A DNA stretch of 64,000 nt. Origin: Prosthecobacter debontii. Lineage in GTDB: Bacteria > Verrucomicrobiota > Verrucomicrobiia > Chthoniobacterales > Chthoniobacteraceae. Numbering within the stretch: the stretch's first letter is position 1; each line of letters opens with the position of its first letter. The stretch spans positions 8,073 through 72,072 of the forward strand of contig CAMAUI010000007.1 in the NCBI GenBank assembly GCA_945861385.1, in the 5' to 3' direction. The translations under genes were made by a program, and so were the position numbers. Under the pieces are notes generated by a model, which was given only the letters and a program-made list of their open reading frames with translations, made no database searches and was not told where the DNA came from. Shown piece after piece: positions 37,018-46,760 of the stretch.

Positions 37018-37088
37018 CGAGTGCGGGGCGATGGCCGGACGGGAAAATTTCAATCGAGCTTCGTGAGTCCGCCCGGTAGGCAACTCCA

Positions 37089-37718
37089 GTGAACCCGCGC
37101 GACCGATACCCGCTGATTGTTTTCGCACTCGCATCCGCAGTCATCGTGTGGTCCGCGATCCGGCCTTTCGACCTGCTGACGTGGTTCCTCGAGGTGCTCC
37201 CGGCGATCGCAGGTCTTGCGATCATCCTTCCGACATGGCGGCGATTCCCGCTGACGCCGTTGCTCTGCACGCTCATCGCGCTGCACATGATCCTGCTCGC
37301 CGTCGGAGGGCACTACACGTATGCGCGCGTCCCTGCGGGCGACTGGGTGCGCGACTGGCTCGGGCTGTCGCGGAATCATTACGACCGCCTTGGACATTTC
37401 GCACAGGGCCTCGTTCCGGCGATCATCGCCCGCGAGTTGTTCCTTCGCCTCGGCGTTGTGGCGAGGCGCGGGTGGTTCAATTACCTCATCCTCTCCGCGT
37501 GTCTTGCCGTCAGCGCGCTTTACGAACTCATCGAGTGGACCACCGCCCTCGTTCTCGGGGAATCGTCTGACTCCTTCCTCGGCACCCAGGGCGATGTGTG
37601 GGACACGCAGACGGACATGTTCGTGTGCCTTGTGGGGGCGGTCAGTTCACTGGTGCTCCTGCGCGCGTGGCATGACCAGCAACTGCGGGCCCTGCGTCCG
37701 CCTCAATCTCCAGGCTGA
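37089..37718 (+). CDS. DUF2238 (YjdF-like) family inner-membrane protein
   Basis: 209 aa, polytopic. The segment GGHYTYARVP...GLSRNHYDRLGHFAQG...YELIEW matches my recollection of the DUF2238 family. Confidence 0.75.
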   Translation: MNPRDRYPLIVFALASAVIVWSAIRPFDLLTWFLEVLPAIAGLAIILPTWRRFPLTPLLCTLIALHMILLAVGGHYTYARVPAGDWVRDWLGLSRNHYDRLGHFAQGLVPAIIARELFLRLGVVARRGWFNYLILSACLAVSALYELIEWTTALVLGESSDSFLGTQGDVWDTQTDMFVCLVGAVSSLVLLRAWHDQQLRALRPPQSPG

Positions 37719-37984
37719 GGCGCAGATGGCTGGGGAGGTGCTTGCCGGTGCTCGTCCTCGATGATCTCCACCGTTGCGCGGCCACCATGCTTCGCGGCTG
37801 CGGCATCGAGGAGATTGCGAATTGCAAGGATCGTTGTGCCGCCCTTGCCGACCACGCGACCGATGTCCGTTTGCTTGAGCCGGAGGCGGAAGACGGTCTT
37901 GTTGCCGGCGACATCCTTGAAAATGGCCATCTCCTCCGGGGATTCGATGAGATGCCGCAATACGTAATCGAGGAAGCGTTCCAT
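37703..37984 (-). CDS. KH-domain RNA-binding protein (YlqC/UPF0109-like)
   Basis: Frame of ORF 37703..38026. The start is chosen at MERFLDYVLRHL. The KH GXXG loop is in IGRVVGKGGTTILAIR. It sits in the conserved position after rpsP. Confidence 0.8.
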   Translation of the reverse strand: MERFLDYVLRHLIESPEEMAIFKDVAGNKTVFRLRLKQTDIGRVVGKGGTTILAIRNLLDAAAAKHGGRATVEIIEDEHRQAPPQPSAPQPGD

Positions 37985-38087
37985 GCGCAGTTTCATCCCA
38001 CATGTGGCAGGATGCGAAAAGCGCAAAGTGCTGGCAGTGGTCAGCCGCCAGCACTTCGTGCGAAAAAAAAGGAATGTCCGGTCGGGC

Positions 38088-38342
38088 CTACGCCGGGTTG
38101 GCCGCGGCCTTGCGGGCTTTCTTCACAATGCTGCGCACCGTGTCGCTTGGCTGGGCGCCGTTGGCCACCCAGTAGTCCACGCGGGCGAGGTCAATGTTCG
38201 CGTTCACGCCTTCCTTCTTTGGATCATAGTTCCCGATGATCTCGATGAATCTCCCGTCGCGCGGGCTGCGTTGATTCGCCACGACCACCTTGTAGTAGGG
38301 CGAGTTTTTAGTGCCTTCTCGGCGAAGTCTGATGACTACCAT
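38088..38342 (-). CDS. rpsP: 30S ribosomal protein S16
   Basis: 84 aa: [41 protein letters not shown]...[15 protein letters not shown]. Confidence 0.95.
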   Translation of the reverse strand: MVVIRLRREGTKNSPYYKVVVANQRSPRDGRFIEIIGNYDPKKEGVNANIDLARVDYWVANGAQPSDTVRSIVKKARKAAANPA

Positions 38343-38385
38343 GTCTGTGTTTGTTGTGTTTTTGCTTTTGGAAAATCCAGCCCCG

Positions 38386-39708
38386 TCAGAAAAGTTTTCC
38401 GCCCTTTTTTCGGGACATCATCTTTTGCATCCGAGGCATCTGTTTCATCATCTTGCGCATCTCATTGAAGCGCGTGACGATCTGGTTCACTTCAGTGACC
38501 GACGTTCCGCTGCCCCTTGCGATTCGCTGGCGCCGCCGGGCATTGAGGATGTCCGGCTTTGCCCGCTCTTCCAAGGTCATCGAAAGTACGATGGCCTTGG
38601 TGCGCCCGAGTTGCTTCTCGTCAATTTGAAGGTCGCGGACGCTACCCATGCCGGGCAGCATGCCAAGGATTTTCTCAAGGGGCCCCAGCCGGCTCATCAT
38701 GGCGAACATCTCCAGGAAGTCCGTGAAATCGAACTCCGCCTTCCGGAACCGCGCCTCCATCCGCAGCGCATCCTCCTCCTTGATTGCCGCCGCCGCGCTC
38801 TCCACCAGCGTCACGACGTCGCCCATCCCGAGGATGCGTCCAGCCAGGCGGTCGGGGTGGAAAACCTCGAAAGCGTCCAGCTTTTCCCCGGTGCCGGCAA
38901 ATTTGATCGGCCTCTGCGTCACCTCACGCATCGAGAGCGCCGCGCCGCCGCGGGCATCGCCATCGAGCTTCGTCAAAATCAGCCCCGTGATCCCCAGCGC
39001 CTCGTGGAAGTGTGTCGCCACGCTGACCGCCTGCTGGCCTGTCGCCGCATCGGCCACTAGCAACATCTCCTGCGGCTGGAGCAATTCCTTGAGCCGCTTC
39101 ACCTCCTCGATGAGTTCCACGTTGATCTCCTGGCGGCCGGCCGTGTCGTAGATCTCCACGTTGTGCGGTGTCTGCCCGAGCCATGTCAGCGCCTGTCCCG
39201 CTGCCGCGAGCACATCTGTCTCCCCCGGTTGCGGGGTGAAAACTGGCACGCCGGTCTGCCGCCCGAGCGTCGCGAGCTGCTCGATGGCGGCGGGGCGGTA
39301 AAGGTCGCATGCGATCAGTGCGGGCGCTTTTCCCTGCTTGCGCAGCCACGCTGCGAGCTTGCCGCAGGTGGTCGTTTTCCCCGCGCCATTCAGCCCCACC
39401 ACGAGGATGCGCGCAGGTGCCGCGAGATTCAGGTCCGAGGCATCCCCGCCGAGCAGGGTCGTCAGCTCGTCGTGAAAAATCTTCACCATCTGCTGCCCCG
39501 GCGTGACGGATTTGAGAACCGCCTCGCCGAGCGCCTTCTCCTTCACGCGGGCGATGAAATCCTTCGCCACTTGGAAATGCACATCCGCTTCCAGCAAGGC
39601 CATGCGCACCTCCCGGAGTGCGTCGGTCACGTTGGTCTCGGAGATCTTCCCTTTCCCGGAAAGATTCCTGAACACCCCCTGCAATTTATCGGCCAGCAAG
39701 TTGAACAT
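38386..39708 (-). CDS. ffh: signal recognition particle protein Ffh
   Basis: 440 aa. The NG domain has [20 protein letters not shown] and [15 protein letters not shown]. The M domain is Met-rich at the C-terminus ([15 protein letters not shown]). Confidence 0.96.
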   Translation of the reverse strand: MFNLLADKLQGVFRNLSGKGKISETNVTDALREVRMALLEADVHFQVAKDFIARVKEKALGEAVLKSVTPGQQMVKIFHDELTTLLGGDASDLNLAAPARILVVGLNGAGKTTTCGKLAAWLRKQGKAPALIACDLYRPAAIEQLATLGRQTGVPVFTPQPGETDVLAAAGQALTWLGQTPHNVEIYDTAGRQEINVELIEEVKRLKELLQPQEMLLVADAATGQQAVSVATHFHEALGITGLILTKLDGDARGGAALSMREVTQRPIKFAGTGEKLDAFEVFHPDRLAGRILGMGDVVTLVESAAAAIKEEDALRMEARFRKAEFDFTDFLEMFAMMSRLGPLEKILGMLPGMGSVRDLQIDEKQLGRTKAIVLSMTLEERAKPDILNARRRQRIARGSGTSVTEVNQIVTRFNEMRKMMKQMPRMQKMMSRKKGGKLF

Positions 39709-39720
39709 CAGGCGCGGGTG

Positions 39721-40827
39721 CTAGAACCCAAGCAGTTCACGCTGCCAGGGCAGGAGGCGAGGGAGGGTTTCCTCGGGGCGAAAGGCCAGGCCCTCGAGGG
39801 TCGCTTTTGGCGCGATGAGCGAAGGGTCGAGCTTGTGTTCGTTCGCGGCCTTGTCGCGGATCTTCTTGAGTGCCTCGATGCGATCGAGCTGCTCGCGCGT
39901 GGGGCGGAGGCGGGGTTTACGCTCGAATTTCGGCCATTCGCTCTGCGGGAGAGATCTTCCACACTCGGCCGCCTCGAAGAATTTATGTGCGCGCGATCCG
40001 CGGAGGTGGCGGATCTCCACGCGCTCGCCGGCGTCGAACTTCACGGCGGCGTCCACGAGTGCATCAGTGTGAAGGATGTGGAAGGTCGGACGGTCTGCGC
40101 GGCGGGCCTCCTCGTCGCGCCATTTCCAGAGCTCCCGGAAAATGGCGGCGGCGCGGTCGCGGAGATGGCCGCTGCCGGGCACGCGCCATGTCTGGTCGGG
40201 GTCAATTTCCTTGTCGTTCTCGGCGGCGCGGATCGCGCGTTCGCAGAGTTGCTCGAACCACATGCGGCGCCCCAGGCGGTCGAGTTCGGCGTCGAGGATG
40301 TCGCGGATGGCGGCGAGGTGGTGCGTGTCGCCGACGGCGTATTCGATCATCTGCGGGGAGAGCGGGCGCCTGGCCCAGTTGGCCTTCTGGGAGGCCTTGG
40401 CGATTTTGATCTGGAAGTAGCGATCCATCAGCGCCGCGTAGCTGAATTCCGGCAGGCCGGTGATGCGCGCGGCGATCATGGTGTCGAAGATGCGCGCAGG
40501 CATCGGGCAGCCGGTGCGGCGGAGGAGGCGGAGGTCGTAGTCGGCACCGTGGAAGATGAGTTCCTTTCCGTGCCACGATTTCCAGAGCGGGGAGAGGTCG
40601 TAGCCGGCCAGCGGATCAATCAGAAAGTCGTGCCCCGGAACGCTGATCTGGATGAGGCAGAGCTTTTCAAAATAGCAGTGGAGCGAGTCGGCCTCGGTAT
40701 CCACGGCGATGCGGGTGAGGGGGGCGAAGTGTGGGAGGATTGCGTCGAGATCCCCGGCAGTTTCCGTGAGCGGCGTGTTGTGCGCCGGCTTCCGCTGATG
40801 CGTAGGTTTTTCGCTGGCGCTCATCAT
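39721..40827 (-). CDS. rnd: ribonuclease D-like 3'-5' exonuclease with HRDC domain
   Basis: 368 aa with DEDD motifs IAVDTEADSL, FHGADYDLRLL and YAVGDTHHL. A C-terminal HRDC-like segment is present. Confidence 0.88.
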   Translation of the reverse strand: MMSASEKPTHQRKPAHNTPLTETAGDLDAILPHFAPLTRIAVDTEADSLHCYFEKLCLIQISVPGHDFLIDPLAGYDLSPLWKSWHGKELIFHGADYDLRLLRRTGCPMPARIFDTMIAARITGLPEFSYAALMDRYFQIKIAKASQKANWARRPLSPQMIEYAVGDTHHLAAIRDILDAELDRLGRRMWFEQLCERAIRAAENDKEIDPDQTWRVPGSGHLRDRAAAIFRELWKWRDEEARRADRPTFHILHTDALVDAAVKFDAGERVEIRHLRGSRAHKFFEAAECGRSLPQSEWPKFERKPRLRPTREQLDRIEALKKIRDKAANEHKLDPSLIAPKATLEGLAFRPEETLPRLLPWQRELLGF

Positions 40828-42494
40828 CAGCCGCGCAGGCCTCCCATGAGCAGTGCCGCGTTGTTGGCCGTGGCTTTGAGCGCGTGGAGCAGGACCTCGG
40901 TCGCCTCGAGCGAGGGGATCGCGGCAAGCTGCCGGCGCAAGACGGTGACACGCTGATACTCGTCCGGGTGGTATAGGAGGTCGTCGCGCCTGGTGGCGCT
41001 CTGAAGGAGGTCAATGGCCGGGAAGACACGGCGGTCGGCGAGGTAGCGGTCGAGTTTCACCTCCATGTTGCCGGTGCCTTTGTATTCCTCGAAGATGATT
41101 TCGTCCGCCTTGCTGTGCGTGTCCACGAGGGCGGTGGCGAGGATGGTGAGGCTGCCGGCCTCCTCGGTGTTGCGGGCGCTGCCGAAAAATTTCTTCGGTT
41201 TTACGAGTGCCTTGGTGTCGAGCCCGCCGGTCATGATGCGTCCGCCGCCGGGCCGGGCGTTATTGTATCCGCGGGAAAGCCGGGTGATCGAATCGAGGAA
41301 GATGAGGACGTGTTTGCCCTGCTCGACGAGGCGCTTGGCGCGGTCTGCGAGAATCTCGGCGACCTGCGTGTGGCGCGAGCTTGGTTCGTCGAAGGTCGAG
41401 GAGTAGATTTCCGCGCCTTTGATGCTGCGTTGCAGGTCGGTGACTTCCTCGGGGCGCTCGTCCACGAGAAGGAGCATGACGTGCAAGCCGGGGTTGTTTG
41501 CGATGGCGGCGATGGCGAGTTCCTTCATCAGGATGGTCTTGCCGGCGCGCGGCGGAGCGACGAGCAGGCCGCGCTGGCCGCGGCCGATTGGCGCGATGAG
41601 GTCCACGGCGCGGGCGGTCGTCGAACTGCGCCCCTCGCCTTCGAGGCGGATGCGCGCATCCGGAAACCGCGGGGTGAGGGTGTCGAAGTCACGCGGAGGC
41701 TGCCATTCGCCGAAGGGGATGCCCTCGATGGTGAGGACTTCCTCGACCATCATGTATTTTTCCCGCTGGCCGGGAGGGCGGAAACGGGCGGTGATGAGGT
41801 GGCCGCCGCGGATCTTCAGCTTGCGCGCCATCTGGAAGGGGATGAAGGGATCCTGCGGGCAGGGGCGAAAGCTCCAGCGCGGGAAGCGGATGAAGCCGCA
41901 TCCGTCGTTGGTGATGAATTCCGTGATGCCCTCGGCGAGCAGGCGAAAGCCGAGTTGATGGTAAGCGCGGAGCAGATCGCAGATCAGGAGGTGGCGCGTC
42001 TTCTCGGGGTTTGCGCGCATTTTCACCTGGGCGAGACGCTCGTGGAGTTCGAGGAGGCTCAGCGAGTGGAGTTCATCAATCCAAAGTTCGCGCGGCTTGA
42101 TGGCCGGCTCGCTGTCCACTGTGGCTGGTTCCGCTTTGTCTTCCGCAGGGATTGTCGCGGAGGGCGTGGGTTGCGCGGGCGTTGTGGAGGTTTCCGCAGG
42201 CTCCAGTGGTGTGCAGCTTGGATCATCCGCGGTTGCCGCCGTGGAAGGGAGATCCGGTGATTGCGTTTCGGGAGGGAGTGCTTCGGGCGGTGTTGTCTCC
42301 ATTGCAGGCTGGGGTGGCGAATCCTCCGGCGTGTAGCTCGGCAGGATGTCGTCGGTTGATGCAGATATTTCGGACGATCCGATCTCCTGTTCAGGTGCCG
42401 CGCGTTGAGCCTCGCCAGAATCAGGCGAAGCGACGTCGGAGCCAAGAGGCAAGGAGTCTGGTTTGTCCGTCGAGGTTTGAGACGGTGCTGTCAT
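40827..42494 (-). CDS. rho: transcription termination factor Rho with a long acidic Pro/Thr/Ser-rich N-terminal extension
   Basis: 555-aa ORF. The Rho core has PIGRGQRGLLVAPPRAGKT, LLVDERPEEV, SITRLSRGYN and LDTKAL..PKKFFGSARN. The first ~135 aa are low complexity. The first ATG (42494) overlaps coaE by 74 nt, so the true start may be internal (e.g. M65 at 42302). Confidence 0.93.
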   Translation of the reverse strand: MTAPSQTSTDKPDSLPLGSDVASPDSGEAQRAAPEQEIGSSEISASTDDILPSYTPEDSPPQPAMETTPPEALPPETQSPDLPSTAATADDPSCTPLEPAETSTTPAQPTPSATIPAEDKAEPATVDSEPAIKPRELWIDELHSLSLLELHERLAQVKMRANPEKTRHLLICDLLRAYHQLGFRLLAEGITEFITNDGCGFIRFPRWSFRPCPQDPFIPFQMARKLKIRGGHLITARFRPPGQREKYMMVEEVLTIEGIPFGEWQPPRDFDTLTPRFPDARIRLEGEGRSSTTARAVDLIAPIGRGQRGLLVAPPRAGKTILMKELAIAAIANNPGLHVMLLLVDERPEEVTDLQRSIKGAEIYSSTFDEPSSRHTQVAEILADRAKRLVEQGKHVLIFLDSITRLSRGYNNARPGGGRIMTGGLDTKALVKPKKFFGSARNTEEAGSLTILATALVDTHSKADEIIFEEYKGTGNMEVKLDRYLADRRVFPAIDLLQSATRRDDLLYHPDEYQRVTVLRRQLAAIPSLEATEVLLHALKATANNAALLMGGLRG

Positions 42495-43023
42495 TCCAAA
42501 TTACGTGGTCGGCTTGCCGGGTCTTCGCGCCGAGTTCCATTTGCGCGCGGATTATCCTCGCGGCGAGGGCCGGTGCAAGCCTGCGATTTGTGGTGAGTCG
42601 TTGGAGTTGTGTTTTTTCCGTGGCTGCCACCACGATGATGCGATCGAATTCTCCGGCTGCCCCGGTTTCAAACAGGAGCGGCATGTCAACGAGGAGCCCG
42701 CCGCCGGATGCGCGGGCGGCACTGGCGGCCGCCGTCCACGCGGAGCGGACGCGGGGGTGGAGGATGGCCTCCAGTTCCCCGCGCCGCGTGTCGTCGGCAA
42801 AAACGATGTCGCGGAGGCGGTTCCGGTCGGGTTTTCCGGTTTCGTCGAGCGCCCCTGGGCCGAATGCGGCCTCGATTTCGTGTCTTACTGATTCGTCCGA
42901 TGCGAGCATGTCATGGACGCATCGGTCACAGTCGAACATGGCCACCGGCAATTCGCGGAGCAGCAGCTTGGAGAAGGTACTCTTGCCAGTGGCGGGGCCG
43001 CCTGTGAGCCCGATTACGGACAC
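42421..43023 (-). CDS. coaE: dephospho-CoA kinase
   Basis: 200 aa starting MSVIGLTGGPATGKST (P-loop), then VDMPLLFETG. The start abuts the secretin stop codon with no gap. Confidence 0.9.
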   Translation of the reverse strand: MSVIGLTGGPATGKSTFSKLLLRELPVAMFDCDRCVHDMLASDESVRHEIEAAFGPGALDETGKPDRNRLRDIVFADDTRRGELEAILHPRVRSAWTAAASAARASGGGLLVDMPLLFETGAAGEFDRIIVVAATEKTQLQRLTTNRRLAPALAARIIRAQMELGAKTRQADHVIWNDSTVSNLDGQTRLLASWLRRRFA

Positions 43024-45687
43024 TTATTTCAGATTCCCTGTCAATTCTGGAAGAGCGCGGGGTGCGATCTCCGGGAGCGGAAGGTCGTCCACTTTCTCCT
43101 CTTTCTCTTCTTCATTCCGGATCGGATCACCGTAGGGATTCACGAGCCGGGCTGTGACGAAAATGACGAGGTTGCGCTTGATGTGCTGGTCAACATTCGA
43201 GCGGAAGAGACGGCCGACCAACGGCACGTCGCCGAAAAACGGGATCTTGTCCTCGACCTTCTGAATGTCCTCGCGGATGAGGCCGCCGAGAACAACCGTG
43301 GCACCGTCGAACACGGTGACATTGGTGTTGACCTTGCGGGTGCTGAAGATCGGCTGGTTGATGACGTTTGGAGTGATGACGTTTTGCGAAGTCTGTCCGG
43401 TGATGGGGTTTGTTGTGTTGCTCTGAATCGGACTTCCGTAGTTGATGAAGCCCTCGAATTCCACCACCTGCGGAGCGAGCTGCATATCAATGGAGAATCC
43501 GTCCGGGCCGATCACCGGCTCCACTTCGAGAGTCACACCGGTGTTCCGGGTTTCAAACGCGGTCGGGGTCGTCGGGGTGACCGGGAAGTTGCCGTTGCCA
43601 CCACCGCCGCCGAGGAGGCCACCCAAGCCACCGCCGCCGTTGATCTGGCCGAATTGCTGCGGGATTTGCGGCGTCTCGAATTCGGTCGGGTAAATGAATT
43701 CCCGGATGACTTCGATGACGGCGCGCTGGCCACTCTTGGTGGTCACGCGGGGCGCGGAGAGCAGATCCACGCCCTTCTTTTGGTCGAGCCCGCGCACCAT
43801 GACTTGGAATGCGGGGTCGGTGTCGTTGCCGACGAACGAGAAGATGCCGGGTGCCAGCCTGGTGGTTCCGGCGCTGCCGAAGAGGAGTGCGTCAACCGCA
43901 TTGGCACTGATCGCGAGAGAACCACTGCGGGTGCCGGCGCTGATCGGGAAGCGACCAGTGGGTGCGCCGCCACGGGTGAAGACGAAATCCTGAGGGTTGA
44001 GAGGCGCCGCGGTTCCGCTCGTGCCACCCCCGAAGAAGAGGCCGTGAGTGGAAAGTCCGGGGACGTTGGCCTGGCCAAGCAACCAGTCGAAGCTCAGTTC
44101 CTTGAGGTTGTTCTGCGAGATTTCGACAAACTTCGCCTGGATTTCCACCTGCTTGACGACATCAATTGTTGCGGTCTCGACGACGCGATCAACCAGATCA
44201 AGCTGCTCGGTCGTGTTTTTTACGATAAGCGTGCTGCTGACAGGTGAATACATCGCGAATGCTCCCGGCCCGAACACGACCCCGTTTGCAGCGAGAAAAT
44301 CGCGGGCTGCCACATTCGCCGGAAGGGCGCTGCCGCCGCCGCCAAGGGTCGGATCGGCGGGCGGGGCAACGGCAGCGGGATCCGCCGGTGCGGCGCCAAC
44401 TCCTCCCCTGAAGAGGCTCGGCGGGACTTTCCACTCCTTGATGAAAAGCTCATTCGTTTCCTGCCCGATGGGAATGATCTGAACGGCAAACGGCTCGATC
44501 TTGTATTTCAGATTCGCGAGGTTGGTGATGTATTTGATCACTTCGATCAGCGGGACATTGTTAAGACTGAGGGTGATGCGGGTGCCGCTGCCTCCGGGTG
44601 CCGGTGCTGCCGCCGGGGCTGGCGGGGGAACCCCGGGGATGTCTCCAAGGCCGGGAATGCCCGGTGGCGCGGCGGCTGGCACCGGGGCTGGCGCTGGCGC
44701 GGCTCCGCCCTGCTCGTCTATCTTGAGCACGATGTTCACGCCTTCCTGAGCAGGATCAAGGGCTTTGGCCTTTTGTTGAAGGAATTCGAAGGCCTCGCGA
44801 ATGGTGGTATCGTTAAAGGAAACTTTCGGGATGATGATCGAGTTCAGTTTCTTCGTGATCCCAACGGTGCTGGGTGCATTGGTTTTCGTCTTCTCGACGA
44901 CCTCCACCACGCGGCGATCGAAACGCCTGTAAGGGCGTTCCCATTCCTTGGATACCTCCCACATGGAGATCGCGCGACCGGTCTCCGCTGCAGCCACGGC
45001 GACCCTGTCTTTGCGCTCCGCAATTTCCTGGATGCCCTTCCTTGCAGCGATGTTGTATTTGTCCTTGTTCAGAACCATCTCGTAGTGCTTCTCGGCCAGA
45101 TCGAGGCGGGCCAGATCCTTGTAGCCCTCGGCAATGACCATCTCGGATTTCACTTCCTCGATCGTCTCGCGGTGCCCGGGGGTCATCTGCTTGTTGAAAT
45201 AATCGGGTGCCTCGATGTTGCTGAGCAGGCTGAGCACGGCCTTGTCATCCGGGTTGTGCTTGAGCACTTCCTGGAGGGCGACGACTGCCGTGGCGTAGTA
45301 GCCTTCGGTCACGCGTTGCTCGGCGAGGCGCATTCCCGCCTTGGTCAGGCCCGCCACTGCGGCATTGCGGCTGGTGCGTGTGGCCGGGGCGTCGGAGATG
45401 TCGTCGCAGGCGTTCTTGAAATTTGCGTACGCGGATTCCCAATCCTTCTTATTGAGCGCGGCCTGGCCTGCGTCGGCCGAAGCACGTCCGCGGGCTTCGC
45501 GCTGGATGCGGCGGTTGAGTTCCCTGGCGGCTGCGGCTTCCGTGCTTTCACCCGCGAGCTGGCCGCGGACGGTGGACGGCTGGAGAACGAATGCAGCAAT
45601 GAGCAGAGTGACGATGTGTGCGGAGAAAGGGGGTCGTGTCATAGGCGTATGGTGGTTGAGTTGGTTAAATTTTTTCGTTCCAGGCAC
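43024..45687 (-). CDS. outer-membrane secretin (type II/III secretion / PilQ family) with N-terminal TPR-like region
   Basis: 887-aa ORF. The C-terminal secretin domain contains LLSAPRVTTKSGQRAVIEV...NTGVTLEVEPVIGPDG...STRKVNTNVTVFDGATVVLGGLI...IPFFGDVPLVGRLFRS...NLVIFVTARLV. Pro/Ala- and Gly-rich linkers are present. An alternative start is M16 (45642). Confidence 0.9.
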   Translation of the reverse strand: MPGTKKFNQLNHHTPMTRPPFSAHIVTLLIAAFVLQPSTVRGQLAGESTEAAAARELNRRIQREARGRASADAGQAALNKKDWESAYANFKNACDDISDAPATRTSRNAAVAGLTKAGMRLAEQRVTEGYYATAVVALQEVLKHNPDDKAVLSLLSNIEAPDYFNKQMTPGHRETIEEVKSEMVIAEGYKDLARLDLAEKHYEMVLNKDKYNIAARKGIQEIAERKDRVAVAAAETGRAISMWEVSKEWERPYRRFDRRVVEVVEKTKTNAPSTVGITKKLNSIIIPKVSFNDTTIREAFEFLQQKAKALDPAQEGVNIVLKIDEQGGAAPAPAPVPAAAPPGIPGLGDIPGVPPPAPAAAPAPGGSGTRITLSLNNVPLIEVIKYITNLANLKYKIEPFAVQIIPIGQETNELFIKEWKVPPSLFRGGVGAAPADPAAVAPPADPTLGGGGSALPANVAARDFLAANGVVFGPGAFAMYSPVSSTLIVKNTTEQLDLVDRVVETATIDVVKQVEIQAKFVEISQNNLKELSFDWLLGQANVPGLSTHGLFFGGGTSGTAAPLNPQDFVFTRGGAPTGRFPISAGTRSGSLAISANAVDALLFGSAGTTRLAPGIFSFVGNDTDPAFQVMVRGLDQKKGVDLLSAPRVTTKSGQRAVIEVIREFIYPTEFETPQIPQQFGQINGGGGLGGLLGGGGGNGNFPVTPTTPTAFETRNTGVTLEVEPVIGPDGFSIDMQLAPQVVEFEGFINYGSPIQSNTTNPITGQTSQNVITPNVINQPIFSTRKVNTNVTVFDGATVVLGGLIREDIQKVEDKIPFFGDVPLVGRLFRSNVDQHIKRNLVIFVTARLVNPYGDPIRNEEEKEEKVDDLPLPEIAPRALPELTGNLK

Positions 45688-45710
45688 GTGGGTGATGGCT
45701 GGGCATCATG

Positions 45711-46760
45711 TCATCTGGTGACCGGGACCGTGATCTTTTCGCCGGCAGGCGTTTGGATTTCGACGTTCCCATCCCCAAACTTGAGGAGTTTGTATTTCTT
45801 GTCCGCTTCGGGTTGTAAAGTGAACTCGCCGTTTTTTTTCACTTTTAAATTGGGTGCAGGCTGGCCACCCGGCGCGACCCAGAGGTATTGCAACACTGCG
45901 AACGACTCCGGCGAGTCCACGATTTCGTTCAGTGGAAGCACGAGTTCCTCCTGGTACTCCGTGTTCAGGAGGATGAGCGCGGATTTGTCCTTCTCGAAGC
46001 CGTCCGGGCCTTTTTCGATCTTCGGGCGGAAATCAATCAGCTTGTATCGCGGGGCGCTGGCGATGGTGCCGCCGATCGCGAGCAACTCCGTTTTCCGCCC
46101 GCCATCAACGGCGTTCACAAAAAATGTCATCTTCGCCTTGTCCTCGGGCTTGCCGTCGTAGCTTTTCAGGATGAGACGGAATGGAACTTTTTCGATCCGA
46201 AGGAGGCGGATTTTGGTGTGGTAGGGAGGGTGTGATTTCGGATCGTTCGGATCCGTCGAGTCGGCGGGGAGCGCGGCATTTCCGGTGCCGAGCACCGGCT
46301 GCAGGCGCTGCGCTCCGAGCGGAAGGATCAGGTGGCTTTTTCCGTCGAGCCCATTCCACTCGTCCAATGTGGAAAAACCGTCGGCATCAGTGTCCTCAGC
46401 CAGCAGGGTCGGGGAGGTGATTTGGAGCTTGTTTTCGATGATCCACTTGTTGGCGATCGGTGGATGAAGGGGAAGATCCCTTGAGCGGGGGTTGATCAGG
46501 TCGGGGGGCTTTGCGATGTATTGTGTGGAGACGAACAGTGCCGCGGGCGTCCATTTTGCGGGCTGGGCGAGCGATTTTGATGCGCCTTCAACAAGTGAGA
46601 GATCGGGCGGAACGGCCTTGTCGCTCGGGGTTGGGGGGCGGTACGAGAACTGGTCCGGAAAAGTGGAGACCCTGGAATAGAGCATCCCAACCAAGGCCAG
46701 GGATCCGATGGAAACAAGAGCAAGGGCGAAGGGCGCCGGGTTTTTCTTGATCCAGTTCAT
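45711..46760 (-). CDS. N-terminally anchored periplasmic protein of the pilus-like cluster (positional equivalent of Amuc_1099)
   Basis: 349 aa with TM helix PAPFALALVSIGSLALVGMLY. The start overlaps the upstream stop by 4 nt (ATGA). I recognise no catalytic motifs. Confidence 0.7.
   Translation of the reverse strand: MNWIKKNPAPFALALVSIGSLALVGMLYSRVSTFPDQFSYRPPTPSDKAVPPDLSLVEGASKSLAQPAKWTPAALFVSTQYIAKPPDLINPRSRDLPLHPPIANKWIIENKLQITSPTLLAEDTDADGFSTLDEWNGLDGKSHLILPLGAQRLQPVLGTGNAALPADSTDPNDPKSHPPYHTKIRLLRIEKVPFRLILKSYDGKPEDKAKMTFFVNAVDGGRKTELLAIGGTIASAPRYKLIDFRPKIEKGPDGFEKDKSALILLNTEYQEELVLPLNEIVDSPESFAVLQYLWVAPGGQPAPNLKVKKNGEFTLQPEADKKYKLLKFGDGNVEIQTPAGEKITVPVTR

Noticed and set aside
39163-40956. 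597-aa plus-strand ORF opposite ffh and rnd
   Set aside because: It is a shadow ORF. The opposite strand encodes unmistakable Ffh and RNase D.
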